In this document: positions 37,050 to 50,675 of the stretch, piece by piece
How positions within the stretch are numbered: the stretch's first letter is position 1
Layout: each line of letters opens with the position of its first letter
Source of the DNA: Rhina ancylostomus
Lineage: Eukaryota
Length of the DNA: 64,000 bases
Direction: 5' to 3'
Assembly: GCA_030265395.1 (NCBI GenBank)
Contig: JARFYF010000017.1
Coordinates: forward strand, 47,923,475-47,987,474
Translations under genes and position numbers: made by a program
Notes under the pieces: model-generated
What the model saw: only the letters and a program-made list of their open reading frames with translations
Told to the model about the DNA's origin: nothing
Database searches by the model: none

Positions 37050-37854
37050 CTGCAAAAAAAAGTTAACATTCAGATAGTGAAGTTTTCCAAAATTCAACCT
37101 TTCTCTTTAAGTATTAAACAGAAGTATTGGACTACATTCAACAAGAACCTCTAAGCAAAGTTGCAGTTCCCATTAGGAGGGTACCTTTTGTTTGTCAATG
37201 TCATCTTTGTTGAGTACCAATGCCCCCTCCTCTGGAGGAAGATCATTTTAAATTTGGAATGCTATGAAGGGAAGTGGGTTTGGCTTTTTCCAACTGTACA
37301 CAATCAAGTAAAAGCTATTCAACTAACAAAATTCTTCTGTAGGCGGAGTACATATTTAAGCAGTTCATGTAGCAGCACCCCAATGCTGATAGCAGGTTTC
37401 AAAACATCCATATCAATCACAAACAAACAATCTCTACAATCTGCAGTAAAAGACTTCGCAAGGACTAGAATTGACAATCAGGATCTCAATAGTTTTACTT
37501 TATTCACATAACATTGAGCTCGTGGTGACTCGTTTGTCATGAAAAGGTGAATGAAAGATGGATGGATAGATAGATTTATCCCAAGCATATAAAAGTGAAC
37601 AGTGATACAAGACATGCATTCTCAATCATAAACTCAGTATATCACAACTGATGAGCAGTGAACAGATAAAGAGATTCCCAAAACTTGAATACGTGGTTTA
37701 TCTGGGGATTTAAATCGGCATAAATAAATTCAAGGACCTACAATTATTGAGCAATGTTACTTAAAAGATTCTCTAGAACATTACTACCTTTGACAATTTT
37801 TATAATGAACTTTCACAAAGTTAGTCTATTAACGTAGTTAACTGATTAGAGTCG

Positions 37855-39600
37855 TAGATAGAGTTATACAGCACAGAAATAGGCCTTTTGGCCCAACTTG
37901 TCCAGGCTGAGCAAGTTGAGCTAGTCCAATTTCCACACTTTTGATCCTTATCCCTCTAAACCTTTCCTATCCACATATCTGTCTAAATGTCTTTTAGACA
38001 TTATAATTTATACCCACCTCTACCACTTCCTCAGGCAGATTATTCCATATACTCAACACCTTCTCTGTGGAAAGTATTGCCCCTCGGATCCCTTTTAAAT
38101 CTTTCCCTTTGCACCTTAAACCTATGCCCTCTAGTTTTAGACTCCCTACCCTGGGGGAAAAAACTCTGGCCATTCACTTTATCTATTCCCCTCATGACTT
38201 TATATACATCTATAAGGTCACCACTCAGCTTTCGATGCTCCAGGAAAAAAAAAAGTCCTAACCTAACCATTCTCTCATTATAGCTAAAGCTCTGCACTCC
38301 TGGTGAACAGAATAGCAGGCAGTATTCCAAGTGGGATCTCACCAACATCTTGTACAGCTGTCCCAACTCTTATATGCAATGCCCTGACTGATGAAGGCAA
38401 ACGTACCAAACACCTTCTTCACCACCCTGCCTGTCTCTACTTTCAGGGAACTATAAAACTGTACCCCTCAGTCTCTCTGTTGTATAACACTTTTCTAGAG
38501 CCCTATCATTTACTGTGCAATTCCTGCTCTAGTTTAACCTACCAAAGTGCAATGCCTTGCACTTCTCCAAATTATATTCCGTCAGTCTCTTGCCTGCTTC
38601 CCAAGTTGGTCTTGATCCCCTTGTAAACTTAGATAACTCTCTTCACTGTCCACTACATCAATAATTTTGGTGTCATCCACAAACTTATTAACCACGTCAG
38701 CCAAATCATCAACACAGATGACAATCAGCAATGGACACAACAGTACAACACTGGTCACAGACCTCCAATGTGAAAAACTCTCCACTGCCACCCTCTGCCT
38801 CCTCCCACCAAGCCAATTTTGTATCCAATGGCAAGCTTGTCCTGGATTCCACATGATCTAACTTTCCACACCAGCTGACAATGCAGGACCTTGTGAAAGG
38901 CCTTGCTAAAATCCATGTAGACCACCTATCACTTTGCCCTTGTCAATTACCTTGCTCACCTCTTCAAAAGAAAACTCAGGTTCGTGAAACACGATATCGA
39001 ATGCACAATGCCATACTAACTATTCCTAATTAGTCCTCCCCTTTCTAAACTGTTCAAAAATCCTGTCCCTCAGAATCTCCTCCAGTAAATTTCCCATCAC
39101 TGATGTTAGGCTCACTGGCCTAGAGTTCCCTGGATTGTCCTTGTCACCGTTCTCAAGGCACAAGACCATCCACCTTCCAGTCTTCCGCCATCTCACCCCT
39201 AGCTAAGGAAGATGCAATTATCTCTGCCTGGGTCACTGCAATTTCTTCCCTAGCTTCCCACTATGTCCTAAGATACACTTAGTCAGGACCTGAGGACTCG
39301 CCCCCCCCATAATATGCTTTAAGACTGCCAAAATCTTCTCTTTCATAATGTCAAGATGTTCCAAGACATCACTATTCATATCCCTCAATTCCTTAGCTTG
39401 CATGACCTTCTCCACAGTAAAAACAGGTGAAAAATATTCATTTTAAGTTCTCATCCATCCCTTGTGACTCCACACATAGACAACTACATTGATAAGGATA
39501 CCCTTATTACCCTTTTGCTCTGAATATATTTGTAGAACCTCTTAGGATTCTCCTTTGTCTTATCTGCCAGAGGTATGTCATGTCCTCTTTTTGCCCTCAC
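37855..39600 (-). mobile_element. CR1-like LINE, 3' ~1.7 kb with a frameshifted RT
   Basis: ORFs KENPKRFYKYIQSKRV, WIQNWLGGRRQRVAVE...KFVDDTKI and LYKMLVRSHLEYC...DLIDVYKVMRGIDKV; 3' tail at about 37860. Confidence 0.9.
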
Positions 39601-40826
39601 AAGGATGACTATCAGAACACATGAATGAACATTTGAATCCTCCCTTAATACAGGTGGCATGAATTCACAAACCACATCATGGCACTGTGCATCCAGAGAT
39701 AAATCTGTGGCCATGATTTCCAATAGTGTATATTCATGACACAACTGTACCACTCAACAGTACTCATGTTCTTATCCACAGTGAGAATCAGAAAAGCAAA
39801 CAAAAAGTACAAGAGGCTACTTGTGGCACCAGTAAAAGCTTGTGTGCAGGTATCCTGTCTGCATTCTTAGCAAGAAATTTTTATTTTTCTTTTGCAGAGG
39901 AAAGCTTCAAAAATTGTTTAGATTGGACATCTGGTCATTTCAGGGGGTCCAGATGCTTGATATGAATGCCAAATCCTTATACAAATGGTGATTTGTTTAA
40001 GGACAAAATAAAATATGGAATTGGAATTTTACAACACAGTCAGTCATTCAGCCCATTGGAATGGCTCTCAAAGCTCTTCAATTAGTTTCTAATTTTTACC
40101 TTTCAAATATTTCCTACTTCCCCTTCAAGAACTATTACAGGATTATCCTTCCATCATTGCTTCTGGCAGGCCATTTTATATTCTGATACACCCATGTTAA
40201 AAATATCTAACTTCTTTCATTGTTCTCCAATTATCTTAAGTCAACAAAAAATACTGCAAACTTTTCATAGTTTTGAATACCTGCAACTTGGAGCCTTCTC
40301 TACTTTGGTGAAAATAGCTTCACTAATTTCCTCTCAAAATAAAGATCCACTTTTTCTTTGAATTTATGTTATATTCCATATGCATTCTGAGGGCAAGCAC
40401 ACAAACATTATAACTACTGTCTGACACTATCCAAATGACCCAGTTACAATTTTTTTTAAATTGCATTAACTATTTGTTTCCTTAAATCACATTACAAAGT
40501 ACCTCATCTTTTCACCCTACACTTTATAAAAAAAGTGCCAAGTGACTCCAAGACATACCGCAATATTTCTATTTAAAACCTGGTAATGCTTTTCAGCTTT
40601 TTCACCTGTATTAATGCAGCCTATATCATTAGTCTATAAATCTGGTTTCAAGTTTGTAGGAGAAAGTCATATTCTAGCAGAGAATAGAAACATTCAAGGA
40701 ACTCCAGCAAAATAACATTCTCAATGAACAACTGATAGGGAAATACTTCAGCTTCTGAGCAGAACTGGCTGGCTGAGCTTTAGAATTAATCCCACAAAAG
40801 TCAGTAACAAGTACACTTTTACATAC

Positions 40827-40995
40827 CTTGTACAAAAGCTGTAGCCTACTTCTTGCATAAAATCTGCTAGTGAGCTGTCCATCATGGTCTTCACTATCCC
40901 TCCCGAATCAGACAAAATCCTATCCATCAGAATGTCCCGTTTTTCAGGATATAGCAGTGGTGCAAGCACCACAGGACAACGCTCTTGCGGAAAAT
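40827..40995 (-). CDS. CNOT1: CNOT1 exon 8-equivalent ([21 protein letters not shown]...QEVGYSFCT)
   Basis: 169 bp; accag|AT ... AG|gtatgt; within ORF 40748..41023. Confidence 0.97.
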
Positions 40996-41979
40996 CTGGT
41001 GTAAAAAAAATACAATGCATCAAGAAAACAGCAACTTGGAAGTATCAACTGTTAAAGAAATCAAGGGGTCTATTGAGATCCCTCCAAATAATTAGGTATA
41101 TTCATCCAGAAAGTACAATTTGAAAATAATTCACAGCAAGCATTGAACATTTCTTCAACATATATCCATTTTCTTTGTCTGCTAGCCCACATACATAATA
41201 TGCATCTCAAGTCATCAACAGAGACTATCCAAGGATCACTCTCAATTCTTTCTCCCCCAGTACTCTTGCTTTTCCATAACTTCCAAAATGTGAGGGGGCA
41301 TAACCTCATTACAGATTTTCTCAATGTAACAGGGATAAGAGAATTAAACACTTTACAGTTAAAATCTTCCCTATTCTGTGCAAAGGAAAACCCATTTGAA
41401 TGGGATATCAGATGGTGACCAGAGAACATGGAAATATGCCTTAGAAATTAGAGCTTAATAATGCAAAGTATGGAACTTGCAACTTTAAACTGTAGTAATT
41501 ATACATGGTTAAACTAGTAACCAAGACAATTCAGAACCTCCTCTTCTCTCCACCCCAACCTCCTCCAGAAATGGCCCAAATCATTTCCTGAAGTCACTTT
41601 AGTGGTTCAGTACGTTCCAAATGATTTCACTACCATTTTTTGGCAAGTGTTGCTTTATCCCCTTCAGTGTTAGATCTTAGAATATTCTTGTGAGCATCTT
41701 CAGACAGACATCCTCAGGGAAAATGTGAATGGAAAACAAATGCCAATTTGAAAGTATTTGAGGATAGACATCACGAATTATTCCAGATTCACGCTTTGGT
41801 TCAGACTTCTAAAAACCCTACAAAACCAAAAACAAACTAGTCCTCACATGAGCTGCAAGAACAAAGACACAAATAACCTGTTATATGTGATTGTTTGAAC
41901 TACCCACACTTCCCCATTCTGGCACAGCAGTTTCTTACCCCTTCAGGAACAGAAGATCATACAACCATGCTTTGCTTAC

Positions 41980-42183
41980 CTCTGCGCAATGTCTTAAGGA
42001 AAGCGTCAATCTGTTCCTGTCCAACACCAAATGCTCCCTTTTGCCCAAAAAGAAGGTGGGACAGGAGCAGGTGCAGGACTTCTATTGCAATATCCTGAAA
42101 GCCACCTTCTTGGTTCCCACTCACGTCTGCGTCGATGTACGATCGCAGAAGATCTGGAAGCTTCTGTTTCACAAACTGGAGAG
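41980..42183 (-). CDS. CNOT1: CNOT1 exon 7-equivalent ([16 protein letters not shown]...DAFLKTLRR)
   Basis: 204 bp; tttcag|CT ... AGAG|gtaagc; overlaps ORF 41957..42172. Confidence 0.97.
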
Positions 42184-43395
42184 CTGAAATTGGAGAAAGA
42201 TGTGTGATACATGGGCAAAATCAACCTACATTTTGCCTCAATAGCTAATCTAGCATTTGGAACAGCAGGTGGCTGTATGAAGAAAATTAGTACAAGTTCC
42301 CAGATCACTATAACTTTGCTGAACCATCCTGTAGTGAAGCAGGTACTGTTGGAAAAGTTTGGGCAAACTAGAGGAGAGGTAAAACATTTACAAATTGACA
42401 CCGCATCTTGGGATGTAAAGTACAGCTGCTCTCTTTACTGTTGAATCAAATACGCAGAAATAAAGAGAGAAAAAAAATTCTTCATTCAGAACCTACAACT
42501 TAATGAATTCATTAAATAGTAAATAAAAATTTAAAGTTGTCAAGAGTCAATATTCTATCTAATAAAAACCACTTTCACTGAAGGTCATATAATATTGAAT
42601 CTGGGGTAATAGATAAAAACTGAATGAATGCCAACAGATTATCCTAAAACTGTAACCTTCAATCCTTCATTTTTTGAGAAACTTCCACAAATTCAAAGTG
42701 CTAATGTGAACAGCCCTAAGGAACTGAGAAGACTTTTTTTTAAAAACTGGAATTTGCAATGAAGGATACTGGAAATACCATTAAAGTTACCTTCCAACCA
42801 TTAACAATAACTGTAAAGTGTGCTATACAAATAAATTAGACAAGCCTAAGTCACCAGTTTCAAGTGGTTCTTTTCACCTTATTTACAGTGAAGGTAATTA
42901 ACAACTAGATATTGCATTTGACAACTGTGCATTTCAAAGTTATTTCACCTGACCAAACTGCTCAAATTAAGCAGTTAAGCAAACAAATCTAACAATCCAA
43001 CACCCAAAGAAAATTCAATTTTTGTCTGGGAGAACCTTGTACTAAATTTATTCAACTGTAGTTTCTCACCATACTTACAACTTCATTGCTTCTAACTGGC
43101 ACTGCTGTTAAAGTAGTGCTTTTAAACAAACATTTCCAACATACCTACACTAAGTATTTTTTGAGCAATTCTGTCAATTCATGTCAAAGTTTGTGTTCCA
43201 CACTATGAAGGAGAGGTTAATATTTCATAGCAAACTATTAAGGCCAGCTTAAGGAGAAAACAAGGAAGAGGAGGGCTATCATCCTAATAGTCTAGATAGG
43301 AGCCAAGTTCAGGTGAAGCTTCCATATGCAACAAATATAATTATTCTGTTTTAACTTTCAAACACAAGTTGAAATTACATAAACAAATAACTCAC

Positions 43396-43450
43396 CAAAC
43401 CCGCGCAGATCTGAGCTAGAAGAATTCAGCAAGGCAAGGCCAAAAATAAC
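43396..43450 (-). CDS. CNOT1: CNOT1 exon 6-equivalent (VIFGLALLNSSSSDLRGF)
   Basis: 55 bp; tttcag|GTT ... TTTG|gtgagt; follows a short 118-bp intron. Confidence 0.95.
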
Positions 43451-43568
43451 CTGAAACACAGAAGTCCATAAATCAAACTAGAACAGTTATATGTTGAGAA
43501 TAAATTTAAAATGGAGAGAAGCAAGAACCAAGTCTGCAGAACAGCAATGTAATATCATGTTATCTTAC

Positions 43569-43637
43569 CTCTTGGACCTTGCTTAACTTGAGCACTTTAC
43601 TAAGCTGAGTAAACAAGTGGGGTGAAGGTTTCAGACT
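43569..43637 (-). CDS. CNOT1: CNOT1 exon 5-equivalent ([23 protein letters not shown])
   Basis: 69 bp; tttacag|AGT ... GAG|gtaaga. Confidence 0.95.
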
Positions 43638-44049
43638 CTGTAAAAAAAAATAGAAACATGGGTTGAATTAGATACTGTGTTTGAAATTTAAAAAGCTGAT
43701 GGATACTGCATCTGAATCAACAACTGCAAAAATGGATCAACTTTTCAGGAAGCAGGACAAAAGCCCTTCAACAAAAGTTATAACCAAAACATTAATTCTG
43801 CTCATTTCCAGCATTTTACTAGACATCTGTTGGGCTCCAAGTTGATCGTTCATTGGCAACTTGCAAACAATCTTATCATGAAGCTTTCTTTTCAAACTCA
43901 AACACCACATAGTTTTCTCAGTGGCAAAGACAGTGAATTACATTCATATGAAGCAACAGTTAATCAAAATGAAACGCAAAAACCTGACAAATAAGAGCTT
44001 CACTACTCACCTGGATAATACCCCAGCTTAATGCACTTTTTCTTCCCAG

Positions 44050-46215
44050 AAGTTGGCCATTTGCCTCCTTGAGCCTGTTCCATCGTACAAAAATCTCATG
44101 GCTGATCTTCTACATCAACACCATTTTCCTGCCCCATCCTCATATCCTTTGATTCCTCAAATACCCAGAAATCTACCTCAGCTTTGGATGCAATGACAGA
44201 GCATCTACAGTCCTTGTCATTAGAGAACTCCATGATTTAACTCCTTCCCGAGTCAAGAAATCTCTTCATTTCAATCTTAAATAATCTAATTTTGAGACTG
44301 ATTTTCTCCTCTTCCCCCACCCCTNNNNNNNNNNNNNNNNNNNNNNNNNNNNNNNNNNNNNNNNNNNNNNNNNNNNNNNNNNNNNNNNNNNNNNNNNNNN
44401 NNNNNNNNNNNNNNNNNNNNNNNNNNNNNNNNNNNNNNNNNNNNNNNNNNNNNNNNNNNNNNNNNNNNNNNNNNNNNNNNNNNNNNNNNNNNNNNNNNNN
44501 NNNNNNNNNNNNNNNNNNNNNNNNNNNNNNNNNNNNNNNNNNNNNNNNNNNNNNNNNNNNNNNNNNNNNNNNNNNNNNNNNNNNNCAAGGAACCAGTCTG
44601 GTGAATCTTCACCATCTTCCCTCTACAGCAAGTATATCCTTTTGAGGTATGACCACCAGAAAAGTCCAAATGTCATCTGGCCAAGGTTCTACTTAACTGT
44701 AGTAAAACATCTTTATTCCTGTAGTCAAATCCTGTAGCAATGAAGGGCAACATACCATCTGTCATCCAAATTACCTGCTGCAGAACATGCATGTGCACAA
44801 CTTACTGTAAGCTAACAAGGAAACCCAGGTCCATTTGAAAAATCAACATTTTCAACCTTTCACCATTTTTTTAAAAAATGCTCAGTATTTGTTACTTCTA
44901 ATGAATCAGATCTCATTTTTCCAAACTGTATTCCACGGGACCTCCCAGCTTACAATCACTGGACTTATGTACAGCCCCTATACATGATCAAACATTTGGG
45001 AGACCGGCGGAATGGATTTGCTGGCTGCTGAGGGGCTGCAGGCATCTTCTGCCGCATGGGAACTTGGTTCACAGCCACATTTCCAACTTGCAAACTGTTC
45101 ACATTACAAACTGCTCAGAGGAATGGAACCCTACCATAACCTGGGGAGGATGGGTATTGCCCACTTATTTAGCGTATCCATTTCCCCTTGAAGCATTGCT
45201 TACATATTCAATTTATGTCATCACCACATTTGGAAATGTAACATTTGGTTCTCCCAGCCAAATCAATGATGATTGTGAATAACTGTGGCCAAAGTACTGA
45301 TCTCTGTGACACCCCACTAATCTCAGCCTGCCAACCCATGAAGGATACATATATTCCTACTTACCTGTAAGCAGCTTTCAATCATGTTGGTATATTACCC
45401 CTATCTCCATGTGCTCTAACCTCATGCACTAGTCTTATGTGGGACTTTACCAGAAGCCTTCTAAAATTCAAAGTATATCACTTCAATTGGCTCCCCTTTA
45501 TCTCTATCTCTTCCTAGGCAATTCAATAAAGGCTTTGATGCATTTGATGCAATTGAGAAGCAACCTTTGTCTTAAATCCAGGATGTAGAATCTTCAACAG
45601 GCCACAGCCCAACCCAACACCCATGGCAGAAGTTACTTTCTTTATGTCCACATCTGGCACAAAGGAAAGTTCTCCTTTGAGTGACTTAACCATAGAAAAT
45701 ACCATTCTGCTGTTCAATATGCTTGTGACCCTCTAACCCAAATGCCATATTTCCCTATACCATTTGATGCCTTGTGTCTTGAAATTTGTCTAACTCTTTC
45801 TATAACAAAAGGTTGCAAATTCCACAGGATCATCTCAGTCCAATCTCTTGCCATGTAATCAGAGATTGTAACACCTTGTTCTATTCACCTCAGCCAGAGG
45901 AAACACTTTCCTCACAACCAGTCTAGCGTGTCAGAATTTTGTTACCTTTAATTAGATCCCCTCCCGTTCTTCTTGTATTCATAGTGATTACAAACCTAGT
46001 CGAGTTAACCTCTCCTCATATGGCAGTCCTACCATCCCAGGAATCAGTCTAGTGAACTCTCTTATACTCGCCTTTTTTTAAAAAAAGTGACAAGACCAAA
46101 ACTGCATTCAATAGCTCAAGTGTGGTCTCGCCAAGGCTTCACATAACTGTACCTGTATTCAAATCCTTTTGCTATGAATGCTAAAATACCAAATAATTCT
46201 AATGGAATTTTTAAA
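44050..46215 (-). mobile_element. Cluster of decayed antisense CR1-like LINE fragments spanning an N-gap
   Basis: ORF 46116 ends LFGILAFIAKGFEYR...VKPWRDH; caaggaaccagtctggtgaatctt; ccaaagtactgatctctgtgacaccccacta. Confidence 0.65.
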
Positions 46216-47104
46216 GTCCTGCAATTGGTTTCAAACACCAGCACTCTCTCATTCTGAAAGCACAACTTGTAAGGGCACCATACTAGACATAACTGAACAA
46301 ATACCAATGACTTGAGACAGTTTGGTTGCAGATTTATACATTTGATCAGAATCAATCTTTCAGGAGTCACCAATACCAGCGATAAGAACAGAATCCACCA
46401 ACCCACCAATCATTTTGGACAATCCATTGCTAATAACAATAACAAGTAAAATCAGAACATGAAGCAACAACTCAAGCAAGGACCCCTCCAACCCAGCAAG
46501 AATGAGGCAGAGCAACAAGAGATGACAGACTGCCAAACTCTGCAAGAAAGTGACATTTTAGAGAATTAGAAACTACAAGACAGGCAGTGTGGGAAGATAC
46601 TACAAAACTTTTGGTAATATGGAAAAAAAGGTTTTTTTAGGCACTGAAATTACACAAACTACTCTTCATGTAAAGCACTTACTGCCCTTATGGATAAAGT
46701 TCCCAAGGCAACGAATAGCAAGAAATGCAAGGGGATTGAATTAACAGATTAATTGCTTCAACTCAAATTCCAGTACATACACCAAAACTAGATTTCACTT
46801 GAGCACTCAGAAACTTCAATTTAAAAATCTAATTTCATGTAATCTAGCAAAAGGTTTGAATTTCAAAATAGGAAAAAGAGCATTAAAAGCAGAAAGCTAT
46901 TAATTAATGCTTAAAAGTAAATTTTACAAGCACTGCAAAAGAAATTGTGCTCACAAACATCCCTGCCTTCAAAAATAATGTAACAAAGTGACACCTGATA
47001 CAAAGTTTCATTTGCACACAATACCAGCATTAATAAAAGAGACAGATATCAAGCATGGGCTCCTTGGCAATTCAGTTTTATGGAATCTTTATCCTGAAAT
47101 CTGC

Positions 47105-47118
47105 CTGCCATCTGGTGG
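47105..47118 (-). promoter_or_regulatory. Candidate CTCF site
   Basis: The minus strand reads CCACCAGATGGCAG, matching core CCASYAGRKGGC; a TGCAG starts 15 nt upstream of the core. Confidence 0.4.
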
Positions 47119-47778
47119 TAATATGAAGCTGCAAGTGAAAATGGAACTGGAAATTTCACAGGTTAAGAAAGGACAACAATACTTTTATCCATTGTGAACT
47201 TAAGTATTCAAGTCAAAATGATTTCAAATAGATAATAAATACCAACTTCAATGGGCATCCCATTTACCACTCAAGATTCCCATTATACCGTATTGTATCA
47301 AGAACACAAGGACAGAAGTAGACTGTTCACCCACTTGAGCTGTTACATTGTGGCTGATCGAACTTCATTTGCCCAGTTTTGCTCCAAATCTCTTAACACC
47401 CTAAAATGATAATTCTATTGATTTCAGTCTTAAAAGTTTCAATTGATCAACAATTCTGAGATATCCTCCATGGTCACAAGCTGCATCAATTCTGTCTTCA
47501 GACTCATCCTCGTGGATGATCTGGTTAAATGGTGCACCAAGCTTTAGAATGTTTTAAAGGAACATTAAAAATACATTGCAAATGCCCTAATTTTTCTTTC
47601 AACTTCCAAGTTCCGTTCTCTATGCAAACGGAAGATGGCTTACACTGGAGTTACAGAAAATTTAACCACCATCTTTTTAGAAAATCTATCCCAATGACAA
47701 TTTAAATTTCCTTCAAACAGAGCCAACTCTAATCCAACATAAATTCATGTTTTTCGAAATAGGTCATGCTGCTCACCA

Positions 47779-47885
47779 ACATACCACCACTGCCCCATTT
47801 AAATTTTTTCACAATTACTTGTCCTTGCATACATACCACCACTGCCCCATTTAATTTTTTTTCCCACAATTACTTGTCCTTGCAT
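47779..47885. repeat. Two-copy tandem duplication (52- and 55-nt units)
   Basis: acataccaccactgccccattta...cacaattacttgtccttgcat occurs twice, differing only around the T-run. Confidence 0.9.
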
Positions 47886-48649
47886 TCTCTCCAATTAACA
47901 ACAGCCACAAAATTGCTGTTCTAATCTTTCTAATTAAAACTATTAGAGACAGTTTCTCCAAAACTTTTTAAAACACTGGAGATCAGGGACACACATTCAT
48001 CATCTTAAACCTCTGCAGAGACATAATCATGAGGCATTTGAATGAAAATTTCTGATCTTTCTGAGTGCTACACACTCAGGATGGAAGATCCATCAGCCAT
48101 AATTAATCACTGGAACTAATTAAGCAATCTTCAGCACAGAAAATCCAAGCCAACCAGATATTTACATATTCTTAAATAATGGCCAGTGGTTAAAAACAAC
48201 AATCCTGCACGGAGTCACACAAACTAGGAAGGTCTTAACTTTAATGTATAGTTTCTGTAAACTAGGTAATATGAGCTCATGTAAATCTTGGAGTTGGGGA
48301 CTGAATAAAGAACAAGACCAAAAGATAACTTGTATGGAGGTAGACAAAGTTATTGGGGGTTCTTAATGAATAGCTTGTAGCCACCTTTAAAAAGGACAGG
48401 GACAATAATGAAGCTGTATTGAGGAAGTGTGCAAGCTATTAGATGGGAAAATCAAAATAAAAGAGGAAGGGGTTTAGCATTCTTGAAGAAATTACAGAGG
48501 CACAGACCATTTCTCAGTCATGAAAGGTCATTGACCTAAAATATTAATAGCTTCTCTCTCTACAAATGCTGTCTAACCTGCTGAATGTCTCGAACAATTT
48601 CTGTGTTTACTTCAGATTTTCATCATCAGCAGTTCTTTAGTTTTTAGAT

Positions 48650-49680
48650 TTTCCAATGATCCCAGGCTACAGTCAAGTGATCCCAGATGACTGAGGACTG
48701 CTAACATTGTTTAAAAAAGAAAAAGAATAAACTAATTGCAGGCTGCCTAGTTAAATTCAGTGGTGGACAAATTATTCAAATCAATTCTGAGGGACAATAT
48801 AAACCAATATAACACTTCAGTTAAGACAGATCAATCAATGACAGTCAGCGTGGATTAAGGGAAGGTTTCATCTGACTACCTTGATAGGAGGGTGGGTCAC
48901 CAACAGCAGTGCATTTGATATCCTCAGGTCCCATGTGGCAGGATGGTCAAAAGTAAAGGTGCATAGGATCCATTGGACAGAGGCAAATTGGATTTTTTAA
49001 AAATTGGCTTATTGGCAGCAATCAGAATGCAATGATTGACATGCTGTCTTTGTGACTGGAAGGCCATTATCAATGGCATTCCACAAAGTTCAGTAGTTGG
49101 TCCTTTCCTTTTTGTAATAAATGGATGAGCCATGATAAAGACATCTAAAGAAAAGTTTTTTTAAAAATGGCCAAATGGTTGACAGAAACAAAGAAAGCAT
49201 TTGAGTGCAGAAGTCCAAAAATTGTCTGGTCAATTAAGACAGAAAAATAGCAAACTGAATTTCATCCAGAAAAGTGCAAGGAAAGACTTAAAAGTTATGA
49301 CCAGCAAGTGAATATACAATAATGGAAGCATATTGGGTGGTGCTGAAGAGGGAGCTTGCATGTCTACATATGCTTCGAAATAGCAGGAAAAGTCAATAAG
49401 AAGGTTAAAAGGGAATGTGGCGTGTTTTTCTTTTATTTTAAGAAAACAAGGCAGGAATATGCTAGGGAGATTAAGCTACAACTGTACTATGCTCCACAGA
49501 TGCTGCTTGACCCACTGAGTTGCTTCAGCAGTTTGCTTTCTTCTCTAGATTCCAGCATCTGCAGCTGCTCATGCCTCTCATCCTCGTTAGGCCAGAGCTC
49601 GAGTACACCAAATTTGGTCTCATTGTAGGAAAAATGCGCTAGCCCTGAGGAAGGTGTGGAGATTTACCAAAATGTTCAGT
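48650..49680 (+). mobile_element. Decayed CR1-like LINE RT fragments
   Basis: gactgctaacattgtttaaaaaaga...agggaaggtttcatctgactacctt...aaaattggcttattggcagcaatcagaatg...gtgactggaaggcc. Confidence 0.55.
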
Positions 49681-49689
49681 AATAAAAAA

Positions 49690-50210
49690 AGTACTGGAGG
49701 ACCTCAGGCAACAGCTGTGGAGGAAAATGGACAGTCACTGTTTCGGTTCAAGACCCTTCTGGGCTGAAAGAGAGTGGAGATAGCGAGTATAAAGAGGTGG
49801 GGGTAAGCGGTGGAGCAAGAGCTGACGGGTGATAGGTAGATCCAGGTGAGGAGGGGTGATAGGCAGATGGAGGAGGGAAGAGTGAAAATAGAGAAGCTGG
49901 GAGATGATAGGTGGAGGCACAAAGGGCTGCAGATAATGGAATCTCATAGGAAAGGAAGGTGGAGCAGATGGGAATAGTAAGGAAAGGGGATCAAGTGGGA
50001 GGAATGTGTGGGTGATGGAGGAGTATATCCCATGCAATTGAAGCAGCACAGACTATTTCTCAATCATGAAAGGTTATTGATCTAAAACATTAACAGCTTC
50101 TCTCTCCTTCTTAGTCCTCGTCAGGGCTTCAACCCGAAACATTGACAATTCATTCACCACCACCCCCCATGCTGCTTGACCTGCTGAGTTCCTCCAACAA
50201 ATGTTTGTTG
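49690..50210. mobile_element. Penelope-like element remnant with inverted terminal segments
   Basis: The left end (ctggaggacctcaggc...tgtttcggttcaagaccct) and right end (agggcttcaacccgaaacattgac...gacctgctgagttcctcca) are reverse-complementary around a purine-rich core; family assignment from memory. Confidence 0.55.
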
Positions 50211-50576
50211 CTGTAAAGTAATATCAGATGACAATTAGATTGGGATTGGCTATAATGAGGAGGTCTGAGAGTGAAAGGCTACCTTAGGATAAAATGGAAA
50301 ACCTATAACTTGCAAAGCTACAAATCAAGCAAAAAAAAATTAACTTTAAATTAACAAGATAAATAAAAGTGCTATTTCCTTCTACTAATGAACAGTCTTG
50401 AATTCAATATGGCAAATGAAATTCAATGACAGGACTTAAATACTGAATATACACTCCATACTACAACTTTCAAAAGAACATTGATTAAAAAATGTTTCAG
50501 ACACAGGCATAAATGGGAGTTTCAAATCAACATACCATGGAACAGGCATCTTATTCATTATGTAACAAGTGCCTAC

Positions 50577-50675
50577 CTTCTGATAGTGCAATGGATTGTC
50601 AATGGCGTAGCACAGCGTCGAGATAAAGTTAGGCTTGGTAATCAGCGACGCACACTCCTGAATCAGAAACTGAGT
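50577..50675 (-). CDS. CNOT1: CNOT1 exon 4-equivalent ([33 protein letters not shown])
   Basis: 99 bp; ttgcag|ACT ... AAG|gtaggc; lies within ORF 50436..50720. Confidence 0.96.

Noticed and set aside
37855-39753. Intact or active reverse transcriptase
   Set aside because: RT motifs are scattered across several frames with stops; this is a 5'-truncated dead copy.
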